Assembly (NCBI GenBank): GCA_035285865.1
Contig: JAYKHS010000028.1
Span: forward strand, 1-64,000
Source of the DNA: Candidatus Sericytochromatia bacterium
Lineage (GTDB): Bacteria; Cyanobacteriota; Sericytochromatia; S15B-MN24; VGJW01
DNA: 64,000 nucleotides
Direction of reading: 5' to 3'
Part shown: positions 9,740-19,295 of the stretch, piece by piece
Numbering within the stretch: position 1 is the stretch's first letter
Layout of the letters: each line of letters begins with the position of its first letter
Position numbers and translations under genes: made by a program
Notes under the pieces: generated by a model
What the model was told of the DNA's origin: nothing
Database searches by the model: none
Seen by the model: only the letters and a program-made list of their open reading frames with translations

Positions 9740-10420
9740 TCAGGCTGTCGTCGTCGGGTCCGCCACGCCGGCCTGGGAGAAGCCCTGAGCGCGCAACAGG
9801 CAGCTGTCGCAGTGTCCGCAAGGCTGTTCACCCCCGAGATAGCACGACCACGTCAGGCTGTGGTCCACCCCGATCTCGACGCCCAGCTTCACGATCTCGG
9901 CCTTGGACAGGTGCATCAGCGGGGCGAGGATGCGCGGCGCGCGACCTCCGTCCCCGACGGCCGTGCCCAGTTCGATCACCCGCGTGAAGGCCGCAATGAA
10001 GTCGGGCCGGCAGTCGGGGTACCCGCTGTAGTCCAGCGCGTTCACGCCGATATAGATGGCCTCGGCCCCGCGTGCTTCGGCGAACGACGTGGCGAAGGCC
10101 AGGAACAGCATGTTGCGCGCCGGGACGTAGGTGCTGGGGATCGTGCTGCCGATGCCGGAAACGTCCGCGTGCTGGGGGACGGGCAAGTCGCTGGTGAGCG
10201 ACGATCCGCCCCAGGCCCCCAGGTCGAACCGCATCACGACGTGCTCCACTGCATCCACGGCACGCGCGACGGCTTCGGCCGACCGGACCTCGCGGGCCAG
10301 GCGCTGCCCGTAGTCGAAGGACAAGGCATGGACGCGGTAACCGTCCCGCCGGGCCAGCCACGCACACGTGGTGCTGTCGAGTCCGCCGGAAAGCAGGACG
10401 ATGGCAGAGCGCGTGGTCAT
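9740..10420 (-). CDS. queC: 7-cyano-7-deazaguanine synthase
   Basis: LLSGGLDS, FDYGQR, YVPARN, YSGYPDCR, TWSCY..CGHCDSC. Confidence 0.97.
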   Translation of the reverse strand: MTTRSAIVLLSGGLDSTTCAWLARRDGYRVHALSFDYGQRLAREVRSAEAVARAVDAVEHVVMRFDLGAWGGSSLTSDLPVPQHADVSGIGSTIPSTYVPARNMLFLAFATSFAEARGAEAIYIGVNALDYSGYPDCRPDFIAAFTRVIELGTAVGDGGRAPRILAPLMHLSKAEIVKLGVEIGVDHSLTWSCYLGGEQPCGHCDSCLLRAQGFSQAGVADPTTTA

Positions 10421-12360
10421 CGGAACATCTCCGTGGGCGAGGCGTGGGCGTGCTCCGCGAGGGCCCGGACGAGGTCGGCTTCTTCCGCCAGGGCGTGGCG
10501 ACCGTCGGTCCCCGGGCGGATCAGGCGGGCGTCCTTGAGGAAGGCATAGGCCTCGCGCAGACCCTCATCGGAAAGGGGGACGTCGGGCCCGGCCAGGAAA
10601 AGGTCCATGCCGCTTCGCCCGACAAGGTGCGACCAGAGGACCCGCACGGAGGCTTCGAGGTCCGAGATGGGCTGGCTCGCCGCTTCGATCGGGGCCATCC
10701 GGTCCAGCGCGAGGTCCAGTTCTTGCCGGCCCTGCCACGTGCGAACCCGCAGGTCCACCGACGCGGCAAGTTCTGCTCCCGCGGCCAAGCCCCTGTCGGC
10801 GGCATTCCAGCATTTCAGGGGCAGATCCGCGGGCAGGCCCTCGACCTTCAGGAAGACGTGGCGCTCCTTGACGGTCCGGGCCTCGATGATCCGGGTCCTG
10901 CGCCAGCCGAGCCTTGCGGGTTCGTTGCCCCTGCCCGTCGGTTCGAGGCGCTCCAGTTCCTCGGCGAGGCTCATCGTCACGTCGCCCGGCGAGAGCTCCA
11001 CGTCCAGCGTGACCGTTCCCGTGGCGCGCGGGCTCCAGGCCTGGATGCGGGCTACATCATTCATGGCCTCGCGCAGGCCTGCCAGGTCCGCTTCTCGGAT
11101 GGAGCAGCCGGCGGCGTTGGAGTGGCCGCCGTGTCCGACGAGCAGATTGCCGCATGCGGTGAGGGCATCGGCGAGGTGGAATCCGTCCGGCGCGCGTCCG
11201 GAGCCCTTCCACATCCCGTCGTGACCGGGTGCCAGCAGCAGCGCGGCCGTCCCGAACCGTTCGACCAGTCGGCTGGCCACCAGCCCCGCGGTGCCGGGGT
11301 GGATGTCATGGCCCCAGAGCACCATGACGGGATGGCGATGCAGGTCCCAAGCCTCTGCCTGTGGCAAGATCCGGGCCACCTGTTGGTCCAGCAGGGTGCG
11401 GCGTTCGCGGTTGACCTCGTCCAATTGCCGGGCCAGCTCGGTCATCTCGTCCCGGTCGTTGCTCGTCAGCAGCCTGAAGCCGGCATCCGGCGTCTCGAGG
11501 CGTCCCGGCGCATTCAGGCGCGGCACCAGCTGAAAGCCCAGGTTACGGGCCGTGATGGTGCGGGCATCGACCTTGCATGCCTCGGCAAGTGCCAGCGTGC
11601 CCGGCGTGCAGCGGCCATCGCGAATGCGTCCCAGTCCGGCCCAGAGCAGCGGGCGGTTCACCCCTCCGACCGGAACCACGTCGCCCACGGTACCCAGCGC
11701 CACCAGGTCGAGCAGCCACATCAGCTCGGATGTAAGGCCGCCCTCAAGGGCCATCACGAGCGCGAAGGCCACGCCCGCGCCGCACAAGTCCGACCATTCG
11801 GGAAAGTCGAGGCCGGGGTGTACGAGGGCCCGGGCCACCGGAAGGCTCTTGCCGATCTGATGGTGATCGGTCACGACGAGGTCCAGGCCCAGATCTCTGG
11901 CGCGTTCCGCGGCCGGATGAGCCGAGATGCCGTTGTCGCAGGTCAGGATCAGCTTGCAACCTGCGTCCGCGAAGTGCTCCACCGCATCGGGTTTCAGGCC
12001 GTAGCCGTCGACGAAACGGTCCGGCAGGCGCAGCACGACTTCGGCCTTCCGCCTGCGGGCGAGGTAGCGCCAGAGGATGGCACTGCTGGTCACTCCGTCG
12101 CAGTCATAATCACCGTACAGGCCGATGCGCTCACCGTGACGGATGGCGTGCTCGATGCGGGCGACGGCAGCCTGCATGCCGCGGCTGGCGATGGGCGAGC
12201 GAAAGGCCGTCAGGTCTTCGCGGGCCAGCAGGAAGCGACGCGCAGCCTCGGCCGTGGTGTGGCCACGAGACACCAGGATGGTGCTCAGCGTCGCGGAGAT
12301 GCCGAGTTCGTCCTGAAGACCGGCGACCACCGCGGGGTCGTTCTCGCGCACCCGCCACAT
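10417..12360 (-). CDS. recJ: Single-stranded-DNA-specific exonuclease RecJ
   Basis: YGDYDCDG, DGYG, TDHH, LVALGTVGD, PRLNAPGR, GGHSNAAG. Confidence 0.93.
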   Translation of the reverse strand: MWRVRENDPAVVAGLQDELGISATLSTILVSRGHTTAEAARRFLLAREDLTAFRSPIASRGMQAAVARIEHAIRHGERIGLYGDYDCDGVTSSAILWRYLARRRKAEVVLRLPDRFVDGYGLKPDAVEHFADAGCKLILTCDNGISAHPAAERARDLGLDLVVTDHHQIGKSLPVARALVHPGLDFPEWSDLCGAGVAFALVMALEGGLTSELMWLLDLVALGTVGDVVPVGGVNRPLLWAGLGRIRDGRCTPGTLALAEACKVDARTITARNLGFQLVPRLNAPGRLETPDAGFRLLTSNDRDEMTELARQLDEVNRERRTLLDQQVARILPQAEAWDLHRHPVMVLWGHDIHPGTAGLVASRLVERFGTAALLLAPGHDGMWKGSGRAPDGFHLADALTACGNLLVGHGGHSNAAGCSIREADLAGLREAMNDVARIQAWSPRATGTVTLDVELSPGDVTMSLAEELERLEPTGRGNEPARLGWRRTRIIEARTVKERHVFLKVEGLPADLPLKCWNAADRGLAAGAELAASVDLRVRTWQGRQELDLALDRMAPIEAASQPISDLEASVRVLWSHLVGRSGMDLFLAGPDVPLSDEGLREAYAFLKDARLIRPGTDGRHALAEEADLVRALAEHAHASPTEMFR

Positions 12361-12463
12361 GCCATCGGCCTCCTTCCGTCCAAGCCTTCCATGATAGGTG
12401 GCTGTCGCTCTCCCCGCGATGCTTCGGGTTGCAAGTCAGGGGCTGCCGGGTAAGCATGGTCCC

Positions 12464-13123
12464 ATGCGGAAGCGCGGCGATCATGCGGACGGAGGACACG
12501 GGGAACCGTGGCTGATGACCTACGCCGACATGATCACGCTGCTGATGGCGCTTTTCATCGTCATGCTCTCGGTCTCGACCATCGACCAGCAGAAGGCCGA
12601 GGAGATCACGGCCGCGATGAAGCAGAGTGTCAGCAAGCGGAAGAGCCAGATGCCCTTCCAGGACATGAAGGCCCGTATCGACAAGATCGTCCGCGAGAAC
12701 AAGTTGGAACGGCAGGTCACGGCAACCCTGACACCCAAGGGCGTGGACATCGAGTTCGCTTCCTCGGTGTTCTTCGCGCTGGGGCAGGCGGACCTGCTGC
12801 CGGAGGCCGGGCCCATCCTCGACAAGACTGCCATCGCACTCAAGGGTCTCAACATCGCGGGCGTGACGATGAACATCGAGGGGCATACTGACGACACCCC
12901 CATAAACAGCCCGAGGTTCGCCTCCAATTGGGAGCTGTCCACGGCCCGTGCCACGAATGTCGTGCGCTACTTGATCGACCGCGGCGTGGACGAGAAGGTC
13001 GTCCAAGCCCTTGGTCTCGCGGCCACGCGCCCGAAGCTGCCCAATCGTGACGAGGCCGGCCACGTGATACCGAACAACCAGGCCGCCAATCGGCGCGTCG
13101 TCATTCGCCTCGTCCGAAGCTGA
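12464..13123 (+). CDS. motB: Flagellar motor stator protein MotB (OmpA-like PG-binding domain)
   Basis: WLMTYADMITLLMALFIVM transmembrane helix with conserved Asp; EGHTDD, NWELSTARA, NRRV. Confidence 0.9.
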   Translation: MRKRGDHADGGHGEPWLMTYADMITLLMALFIVMLSVSTIDQQKAEEITAAMKQSVSKRKSQMPFQDMKARIDKIVRENKLERQVTATLTPKGVDIEFASSVFFALGQADLLPEAGPILDKTAIALKGLNIAGVTMNIEGHTDDTPINSPRFASNWELSTARATNVVRYLIDRGVDEKVVQALGLAATRPKLPNRDEAGHVIPNNQAANRRVVIRLVRS

Positions 13124-13141
13124 TCCAGGAGGTTCTGATTC

Positions 13142-13960
13142 ATGACGCTTTTCGGCTTCGTGCTGGGTTTTGCCATCTTCATCGGTGCCATCCTGCACGA
13201 GACGCAGGAAGCGACGCTGTTCATCAACCCGCATGGTCTGCTGATCGTCTTCGGGGGGTCGCTCGCGGCCGCCTTTGCCGGCTTCCATGGCGGTGAGCTG
13301 GTTCGTTCCGTCACGTCGCTGAAGTTCATCTTCCGCAAGGTCAGCGAGGATCCGCGCAAGTACGTGTCGCTGTTCGAGGGACTGGCGCAGAAGGTGTCGC
13401 AGGGTGGCTTGTCGGCCATCGAGGAGGAGGTCTCCTCCCTGCCCGAAGGGTTCGCCAAGGATGGCCTCGACCTGCTGGTGAACGGCTTCAAGCGCGACGA
13501 GATCGTCGACATCATGGATACGCGGCTCGAAACCATGGCCCTTGCCGAGCAGTCGGACTCCAACCTGTTTCGTACGATGGCCACGCTTGCCCCGGGCTTC
13601 GGGCTGGTGGGAACCCTGATCGGCCTCATCATCATGCTGACCAAGCTCGAGGACGTCTCCAAGGTCGCGCCGTCGATGGCCACTGCCATGACGGCAACCT
13701 TTTATGGCGTCATCCTGGCGAACCTCATCTTCCTGCCGCTCTCGGTCAAGATTTCCCGTCGTCTCGATTCCAAGCTCTGGTTGTACGAGCTGATCAAGGC
13801 CGGCGTGCTGATGCTCTACGAGAAGCGCAATCCGCTGTACGTCCGCGAAAAGCTGGGCGCATACCTCGATCCTTCGGCCCGCAAGAAGATCTCGGCCGAG
13901 GCCGGGGCAGCGGTGCGCGCCTCCGTCGCCGCCCGTAGGCCCGTCGCGGCCAAGGCCTGA
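13142..13960 (+). CDS. motA: Flagellar motor stator protein MotA
   Basis: LIVFGGS, APGFGLVGTLIGLIIML, ATFYGVILANLIFLP; AGGAGG RBS. Confidence 0.9.
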   Translation: MTLFGFVLGFAIFIGAILHETQEATLFINPHGLLIVFGGSLAAAFAGFHGGELVRSVTSLKFIFRKVSEDPRKYVSLFEGLAQKVSQGGLSAIEEEVSSLPEGFAKDGLDLLVNGFKRDEIVDIMDTRLETMALAEQSDSNLFRTMATLAPGFGLVGTLIGLIIMLTKLEDVSKVAPSMATAMTATFYGVILANLIFLPLSVKISRRLDSKLWLYELIKAGVLMLYEKRNPLYVREKLGAYLDPSARKKISAEAGAAVRASVAARRPVAAKA

Positions 13961-15078
13961 TGGCGCTCAGGGTCACCCGGGCCGAGTCGCCCGAGACCCT
14001 CCTCGAGATCCAGCGATTTCGCTACGCGGTCTATGTGGATGAGATGGGCAAGCCAATTGCCCACGCCGACCATGACCGGCAACTGCTGGCTGATCCCGAG
14101 GACGTCACGGGTCAGGTCTTCGCGTGCCATGACGACGAGGGTCTGATTGGCACCATACGCCTGGCCACCGAACTGGATGAGCCCCGCGCCGGCCTCTACC
14201 GACTCGAACTCTTCCCGGATGTCCCGCGTACCGACCTGGCCTTCGCCTCTCGCTTCATGCTGCGGTCCGACCACCGCGGGGGCCTCGCGGCACACCGGCT
14301 CTGTCTGGCTGCGTTGGACGCGGCCTTGGCTTCTGGCGTGCGTCTGGTCTTCTGCCATTGTGCGCCCTACTTGGTCGGCTACTACGAGCAGCTCGGCTTC
14401 CGTCGTTACACCGACAACTTTCACGATGCGCTCGGCTACCGCGTGCCCATGGTGCTGGTCCTGCTCGACAAGGCGCATCTGGAGGCCGTCAGGTCGCCGC
14501 TGGCCGAGCGCGTCCCGGACGGTGGCACTGAGCCGTGGGCGGGTTGGTTCGGGGCGCGCTTCCCCGAGTTCGTTTTTCCGGCCAATGCACGGCTTGTGGC
14601 GACCGACGCCTTTTACGACTTGCTCAACCGCAAGCTGCATGACGACCCCCGCAAGACGATCCCCCTGCTTCGCGGGCTCGAGCAGGACGAGGCCGAGGCC
14701 GTGCTGCGCGCCGGGACCATCCTGAGTTGCGCGGACGGTGACCGCCTGCTGCGCGAGGGCGAGCTGAGCGGCGAGATCTACCTCAACCTGTCGGCACTCG
14801 TGGGCATCCGCCATCCGAACCGACAGGGTTGGCTCAGCCTGCTCGGTCCCGGGGAGCTCATCGGCGAGATGGCGTTCCTGATGCGCAGTCGACGGACGGC
14901 TGACGTCACGGTGATCGAGGGGGGCGAGATCCTGCTGCTTTCCGAGCGGACCTTGCAGCATCTGATGGAGCAGCGACCCGAGGCCGCCTCCAAGGTGCTG
15001 TTCAACTTGGCCAAGATCCTGTGCGAACGCCTCGCCTCGACGACACGCTCCTTGGTGGACACGGCTCGGGAGGCCTGA
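13960..15078 (+). CDS. GNAT-fold acyltransferase (FeeM/N-acyl amino acid synthase-like) fused to a cyclic-nucleotide-binding domain
   Basis: N-terminal IQRFRYAVYVDEMG, GTIRL, YYEQLGF; C-terminal GPGELIGEMAFL..RRTADV. Confidence 0.75.
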   Translation: MALRVTRAESPETLLEIQRFRYAVYVDEMGKPIAHADHDRQLLADPEDVTGQVFACHDDEGLIGTIRLATELDEPRAGLYRLELFPDVPRTDLAFASRFMLRSDHRGGLAAHRLCLAALDAALASGVRLVFCHCAPYLVGYYEQLGFRRYTDNFHDALGYRVPMVLVLLDKAHLEAVRSPLAERVPDGGTEPWAGWFGARFPEFVFPANARLVATDAFYDLLNRKLHDDPRKTIPLLRGLEQDEAEAVLRAGTILSCADGDRLLREGELSGEIYLNLSALVGIRHPNRQGWLSLLGPGELIGEMAFLMRSRRTADVTVIEGGEILLLSERTLQHLMEQRPEAASKVLFNLAKILCERLASTTRSLVDTAREA

Positions 15079-15092
15079 GGGCTTCCTTCGGG

Positions 15093-15107
15093 TGCCCTAC
15101 CCGGGTA
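15093..15107. promoter_or_regulatory. Putative CsoR/CstR operator (autoregulatory)
   Basis: TGCCCTACCCGGGTA, one mismatch to TACC-N7-GGTA, just upstream of the repressor gene. Confidence 0.6.
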
Positions 15108-15131
15108 TCATGTGCTCAGGGGGAAGCCTGC

Positions 15132-15380
15132 ATGTCGGACAGCCGGGTCATTCAGAGCCTCAAGCGCATCGAGGGCCAGGTCAAGGGCCTCCAGAAGATG
15201 GTCGCCGACGAACGGCCCTGCGAAGAGATTCTCGTCCAGATCATGGCGGCCAAGGCAGCCTTGGATCGCGTCACGCGCGATCTGGCCGACACGCACCTTG
15301 ATGCGTGCTTTGCCAACACGCCGCCCGAGGAACTCAAGGACAAGGTCGCCCGCACCATCCAGATGCTCTGCAAGATGTAG
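15132..15380 (+). CDS. CsoR/RcnR/CstR family transcriptional repressor
   Basis: LKRIEGQVKGLQKMV..RPCEEILVQIMA..HLDAC (C-H-C fingerprint). Confidence 0.92.
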   Translation: MSDSRVIQSLKRIEGQVKGLQKMVADERPCEEILVQIMAAKAALDRVTRDLADTHLDACFANTPPEELKDKVARTIQMLCKM

Positions 15381-15393
15381 CGGAGCATCGGCT

Positions 15394-16335
15394 TCAGAGC
15401 GGTCGGGGCCGGCGTTCCTCGGTCGTGGCCGGAGCGAAGCCGAAGGACGTGTAGGCCGCCTGTCCCTCCGGGCTCGTGAGGTGGTCCATCCAGCGGACCG
15501 CGGCCTCGGGGTGGCGGGCGCCGACCAGGGGACATGCCGTGTAGGCGACCTCTTGGCCTGCATTCTGGTCGGGTGGCAAGGGCACGCCCTCGACGGCTCG
15601 GCCGGCCCTCATGGCCTCGAGCGTTTCGGTCCGCCAGACCAGGCCCACGTCGGACTGTCCTCGTTCGATGCGCTCCGGAGTCTCGCGGTGGTGGACGGCG
15701 GTGAACCAGTGACCGGGCACAGGGGCACAAGCGCGACAGTCATGGTTGTCGGACAGGACCTTCCAGAGGCCCAGACGTTCGAGGACGGGCTTGCCGTGGA
15801 AGCGCATGATGCCTTCGTCGATCGGGTTGGGCAGGCTGCTGCGCAGCCCGGGCCGCGTCAGGTCCCGCATGTCCCGGATGTCCAGAGGGTTTCCCTTCGC
15901 GACCAGCAACTGCAACTCGTTGTGCGCGTAGGTCCGGCGCTCGCGGGCGAGGTTACTCTTTCGCAGGCGGTCGAGGTAGCCCTGGCCCACGGTCCCGTAA
16001 ACGTCCGGGCGTCCCGGCCAAGCCTGGCCGTCATAGCGGAGGCCGCCTGCCTCCAGGGCATCCAGAAGCAGCCCGGGCGGCAGCGTCAGCAGGCCGATGG
16101 AGGTTCCGGGATGCTTGGCCCGATAGCCGGCCATGACGGCATCCATCGCGAAGTACTGGTTTCCCGCGACCCAGACGACGAGGTCGGCCGACGCCATGGC
16201 CGAGAGCGCAGCGACCCCCTGGAGGCTCTGGCCGTCCTTGGCGATCCAGCGGATGTCGCTGTCCCTGCCCGACGGGACCACCGGCAAGGACTGGGTGGCT
16301 TGAAGGGCCGTCGCGGTCAGCGTGACGAGCAGCAT
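15394..16335 (-). CDS. Molybdate/oxyanion ABC-type substrate-binding protein (ModA-like)
   Basis: AGNQYF, LPPGLL, YAHNELQLLVAKGNP, VHHRETPERI, SPEGQAAYTSFGF. Confidence 0.75.
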   Translation of the reverse strand: MLLVTLTATALQATQSLPVVPSGRDSDIRWIAKDGQSLQGVAALSAMASADLVVWVAGNQYFAMDAVMAGYRAKHPGTSIGLLTLPPGLLLDALEAGGLRYDGQAWPGRPDVYGTVGQGYLDRLRKSNLARERRTYAHNELQLLVAKGNPLDIRDMRDLTRPGLRSSLPNPIDEGIMRFHGKPVLERLGLWKVLSDNHDCRACAPVPGHWFTAVHHRETPERIERGQSDVGLVWRTETLEAMRAGRAVEGVPLPPDQNAGQEVAYTACPLVGARHPEAAVRWMDHLTSPEGQAAYTSFGFAPATTEERRPRPL

Positions 16336-16348
16336 GTCCGGGAACCTC

Positions 16349-16807
16349 CTAATGGCCGGCCTTCAGGTAGGACCAGCCTTCTTCCTGCTTCAGGACGACC
16401 TCGGCCACGCCGGCAGGCACGACGGTCGCGAAGGGGTGCAGGTCCGATTCCGACAGGCTCTTGCGCTTCATGGTGTTGCGGCATGCCGCGAAGACGATAC
16501 CTTGCGCGGCCAGAGCCGCCATCCGCTCCTGTCCGGCCTGGTTCGTGCGCGTGAGCATGCCGATACCCGGTCCGTGCACGACCAGTTCGAGGCTGGTCTG
16601 CTCGGGACCAAGGGCCTTGCGCGCGTTCTCGAGGTTGTTCAGGACGCCTTCCCAGCTGGCCGGATCGGCCGCCGTGAGCTCCAGAATCACGCGGTGGCGC
16701 GGGTGCTGCGATGCAACGTGGGCTTCGCTTGCCGAACCTATGCGCGGAGCCAGAGCCAGAAGGCTGATTCCGGCGACCAGAGCGGGCAGCAGATCTCGCG
16801 AGCGCAT
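16349..16807 (-). CDS. DsrE family protein with signal peptide
   Basis: LNNLEN, ELVVHGPGI, FAACRNTM, VVPAGVAEVVLKQEEGWSYLK. Confidence 0.85.
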   Translation of the reverse strand: MRSRDLLPALVAGISLLALAPRIGSASEAHVASQHPRHRVILELTAADPASWEGVLNNLENARKALGPEQTSLELVVHGPGIGMLTRTNQAGQERMAALAAQGIVFAACRNTMKRKSLSESDLHPFATVVPAGVAEVVLKQEEGWSYLKAGH

Positions 16808-16837
16808 CGAGCAAGTCCTCAGGCAGCAGTCAGTTGA

Positions 16838-16852
16838 TACCCTGCCCCGGTA
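16838..16852. promoter_or_regulatory. Putative CsoR/CstR operator
   Basis: TACCCTGCCCCGGTA in the divergent dsrE/tusA intergenic region. Confidence 0.65.
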
Positions 16853-16905
16853 GGATAAATTTGTCAAGCACTATTGACGGCGGGGAAATTTTGCAAGAGT
16901 ATGGG

Positions 16906-16920
16906 TACCATACGGGGGTA
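16906..16920. promoter_or_regulatory. Putative CsoR/CstR operator
   Basis: TACCATACGGGGGTA, G-tract inverted repeat immediately upstream of tusA. Confidence 0.75.
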
Positions 16921-16927
16921 CTAAGTG

Positions 16928-17182
16928 ATGTCTGATCTGCAAGCGACCAAGGTGCTCGATGCGCAGGGGCTCAAGTGCCCGATGCCCATCGTCAAGGCGA
17001 AGAAGGAGCTCGACACGCTCTCGCCGGGTGACGTCCTGAAGGTCGTTGCGACCGACAAGGGATCGGTCCTGGACTTCCAGGGCTGGGCGCGCACCAACAA
17101 GTTTGCCGAGCTGCTGGGGCAGGAAACCGAACAGGCTGCCGATGGCACCGAGCGCTACCTGCACTTCCTGCGGCGGAAGTAG
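16928..17182 (+). CDS. tusA: TusA family sulfur carrier protein
   Basis: LDAQGLKCPMPIVKAKK, GDVLKVVATD. Confidence 0.9.
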   Translation: MSDLQATKVLDAQGLKCPMPIVKAKKELDTLSPGDVLKVVATDKGSVLDFQGWARTNKFAELLGQETEQAADGTERYLHFLRRK

Positions 17183-17191
17183 GAGGAAGTC

Positions 17192-17788
17192 ATGATCGAC
17201 GAGAAGACGACGGCTGATGGCAGTGCCCTGATGGGGCTGCTGGGTGAATTGCGGCAGCGGGTGGACGCACTCGAGACCCGCCTCGACACTGAAGTTGCCG
17301 ACATCCGGGAGCAGTTGCCCGCCGATCGCGCGGCCATCGTGCTGTTCTCGGGCGACCTCGACAAGGTGCTGGCAGCCTTCATCATTGCGACCGGTGCCGC
17401 CACGATGGGCCTCGAGACCACCATCTTCTTCACGTTCTGGGGCCTGACGGTGCTCAAGCGCAAGCGCGTCCTCGAAGGCAAGAACCTCATGGAGCGGATG
17501 ATGGCGGTGATGACGCCCGAAACGTCCAAGGGGCTCGATCCGTCCAAGATGGCCTACTTCGGCGCGGGTGCCGTGATGCTGCGCCAGATGATGAAAGCCA
17601 AGGATGTCGCCTCCCTCGAAGAGATGGTCGAGTTGTCCCGCGAGTGCGGCGTTCGCTTCGTCGCCTGCGAGATGAGTATGGACGTGATGGGCGTTCGTCA
17701 GGACGAACTTCGCTCCGATGCTGATTTGGGCGGCGTCGCCACGTTCCTGGGCGAGGCGGTGAACGCCAAGCTCTCGCTGTTCATCTGA
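17192..17788 (+). CDS. DsrE/DsrF/DsrH-like sulfurtransferase (DsrE2-type)
   Basis: FSGDLDK..AFIIATGA, FFTFWGL, ACEMSMDVMG, GGVATFL; AGGAGG RBS. Confidence 0.9.
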   Translation: MIDEKTTADGSALMGLLGELRQRVDALETRLDTEVADIREQLPADRAAIVLFSGDLDKVLAAFIIATGAATMGLETTIFFTFWGLTVLKRKRVLEGKNLMERMMAVMTPETSKGLDPSKMAYFGAGAVMLRQMMKAKDVASLEEMVELSRECGVRFVACEMSMDVMGVRQDELRSDADLGGVATFLGEAVNAKLSLFI

Positions 17789-17789
17789 C

Positions 17790-18794
17790 ATGAACCGATT
17801 GCCGTCCTGGTTGCCCGGGTTGGGGCTGGCGCTTCTGCTCGCCGTGGCCTCGACGATGCTGGCCTGGTTGCCTGGTCTGAAGGTCATGGGGGCGCTTACC
17901 GTCGCCTTGCTGGTCGGCATGGCCTGGCGGGCGGCGGCGGGCCTGCCGCCCGTCCTGGTGCCGGGCACGCGCCTTGCGGCGCGGACGGTACTCAGGGCGG
18001 GGATCGTCCTGATGGGCGCTCGGCTGGATTTCGCCTTGGTGGCGCAGGCGGGGCCGAGGATCCTTCTGCTCGACCTGTTGGTGATCGTGGTCGGGATTGC
18101 CGGCATCTCATGGCTGGCGCGACGATTCGGGGTGCCGGATCGGCTGGGCGTGTTGCTTGCAGTCGGTACGTCGATCTGCGGGGCCAGTGCAGTGGTCGCC
18201 GCGGCCCCGATTCGCAAGGCAGACGAGGAAGAGACTTCGCTTGCCGTGGCCCTGTGCGGCATTCTGGGTACGGTGGGCGTTCTGTTCTTCGTGCTGGTGG
18301 GGCCGCTGCTCGGGCTGACGCAGATGCAGCTGGCCGTGTTGTCGGGGTCGACGCTGCATGAGGTGGCGCAGGTGATGGCGGCGGCGTTCACCTGGGGGCC
18401 ACAGACCGGGGACATGGGCACGTTGGTCAAGCTCACACGGGTAGTCATGCTTGCACCCACCCTGCTGGTGCTTGCGTGGTTGGGTCGTGAACCGGGGACC
18501 GAGGGGACCCTGCGTTGGTCGTGGAAGGAGCCGCCGGTACCGTGGTTCGTCATCGGTTTTCTCGCGATCGGGGCCTTGGGCTCGGTGGGGCTCGTGCCAC
18601 TCGAGGTCAAGGAGAGCGTGGCGAAGGTCAGTGTGTTCCTGATGGTCACGGCCATGGCGGCCATGGGCCTTAACACTCAGTTGGCGGCCGTCCGGCGCGC
18701 AGGCATGAAGGTGATCCTGGCCGGTCTGCTCGGGTTCTTCGCTCTGGTGGCGATGGGCTGGCTGCTGATCAACGGCCTGGGGATCGCGGCGTAG
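17790..18794 (+). CDS. YeiH / putative sulfate exporter family membrane protein
   Basis: LRAGIVLMG, GTSICGASAV, TLHEVAQV, VKLTRV, PWFVIGF, MAAMGL. Confidence 0.88.
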   Translation: MNRLPSWLPGLGLALLLAVASTMLAWLPGLKVMGALTVALLVGMAWRAAAGLPPVLVPGTRLAARTVLRAGIVLMGARLDFALVAQAGPRILLLDLLVIVVGIAGISWLARRFGVPDRLGVLLAVGTSICGASAVVAAAPIRKADEEETSLAVALCGILGTVGVLFFVLVGPLLGLTQMQLAVLSGSTLHEVAQVMAAAFTWGPQTGDMGTLVKLTRVVMLAPTLLVLAWLGREPGTEGTLRWSWKEPPVPWFVIGFLAIGALGSVGLVPLEVKESVAKVSVFLMVTAMAAMGLNTQLAAVRRAGMKVILAGLLGFFALVAMGWLLINGLGIAA

Positions 18795-18803
18795 GCAGCG
18801 GAG

Positions 18804-19295
18804 GTGCTTCGGATGTGGTCTTGGCGCGCGGCCCCGGGGTGGCTGAGGCTGGGGGTGGCCTTCGGGCTTCTGGTGACGCTTTCGGTCGTCCTTTGGGGAC
18901 CGATCGGCGTGTCGTCGACTTATCATCGGTTGGCCATCTCCCTGCTGCGATCGCTCACGGGCGAGCACGCCGCGTGGCTGGCGGACGTCGCCCGGATGGG
19001 CGCACTGTCGGCACCGGAAACGTGGATTCTTCCGGGGCTGTTCATGGGCGGCTGGCTGGCGCGACGCTGTAAGGGACCCGTCCTGCCCGAAGAACGCACG
19101 CAGCTGTCGACCCCCTGGCCACGACGTCTGCTGGCGGGGGTGCTGATTGTTCTCGGTGCCCGGATTGCCGGGGGTTGCACCAGTGGACACATCATCTCGG
19201 GCATCAGCCAGCAGGCCGTGAGCGGGATGGTCTTCGGGGCCGTGGTCTTCACCTCGGCCATCCTTACGGCACGTCTTGCGGGAAGGTCGGCATGA
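18804..19295 (+). CDS. YeeE/YedE thiosulfate transporter family, half 1
   Basis: GARIAGGCTSGHIISG motif; multiple transmembrane segments. Confidence 0.85.
   Translation: MLRMWSWRAAPGWLRLGVAFGLLVTLSVVLWGPIGVSSTYHRLAISLLRSLTGEHAAWLADVARMGALSAPETWILPGLFMGGWLARRCKGPVLPEERTQLSTPWPRRLLAGVLIVLGARIAGGCTSGHIISGISQQAVSGMVFGAVVFTSAILTARLAGRSA

Noticed and set aside
12464..13960. MotA/MotB pair as a Zorya defence system
   Set aside because: MotA is normal length with no long ZorA tail, both proteins have canonical stator motifs, no zorC/D/E nearby, and flhB indicates a flagellum
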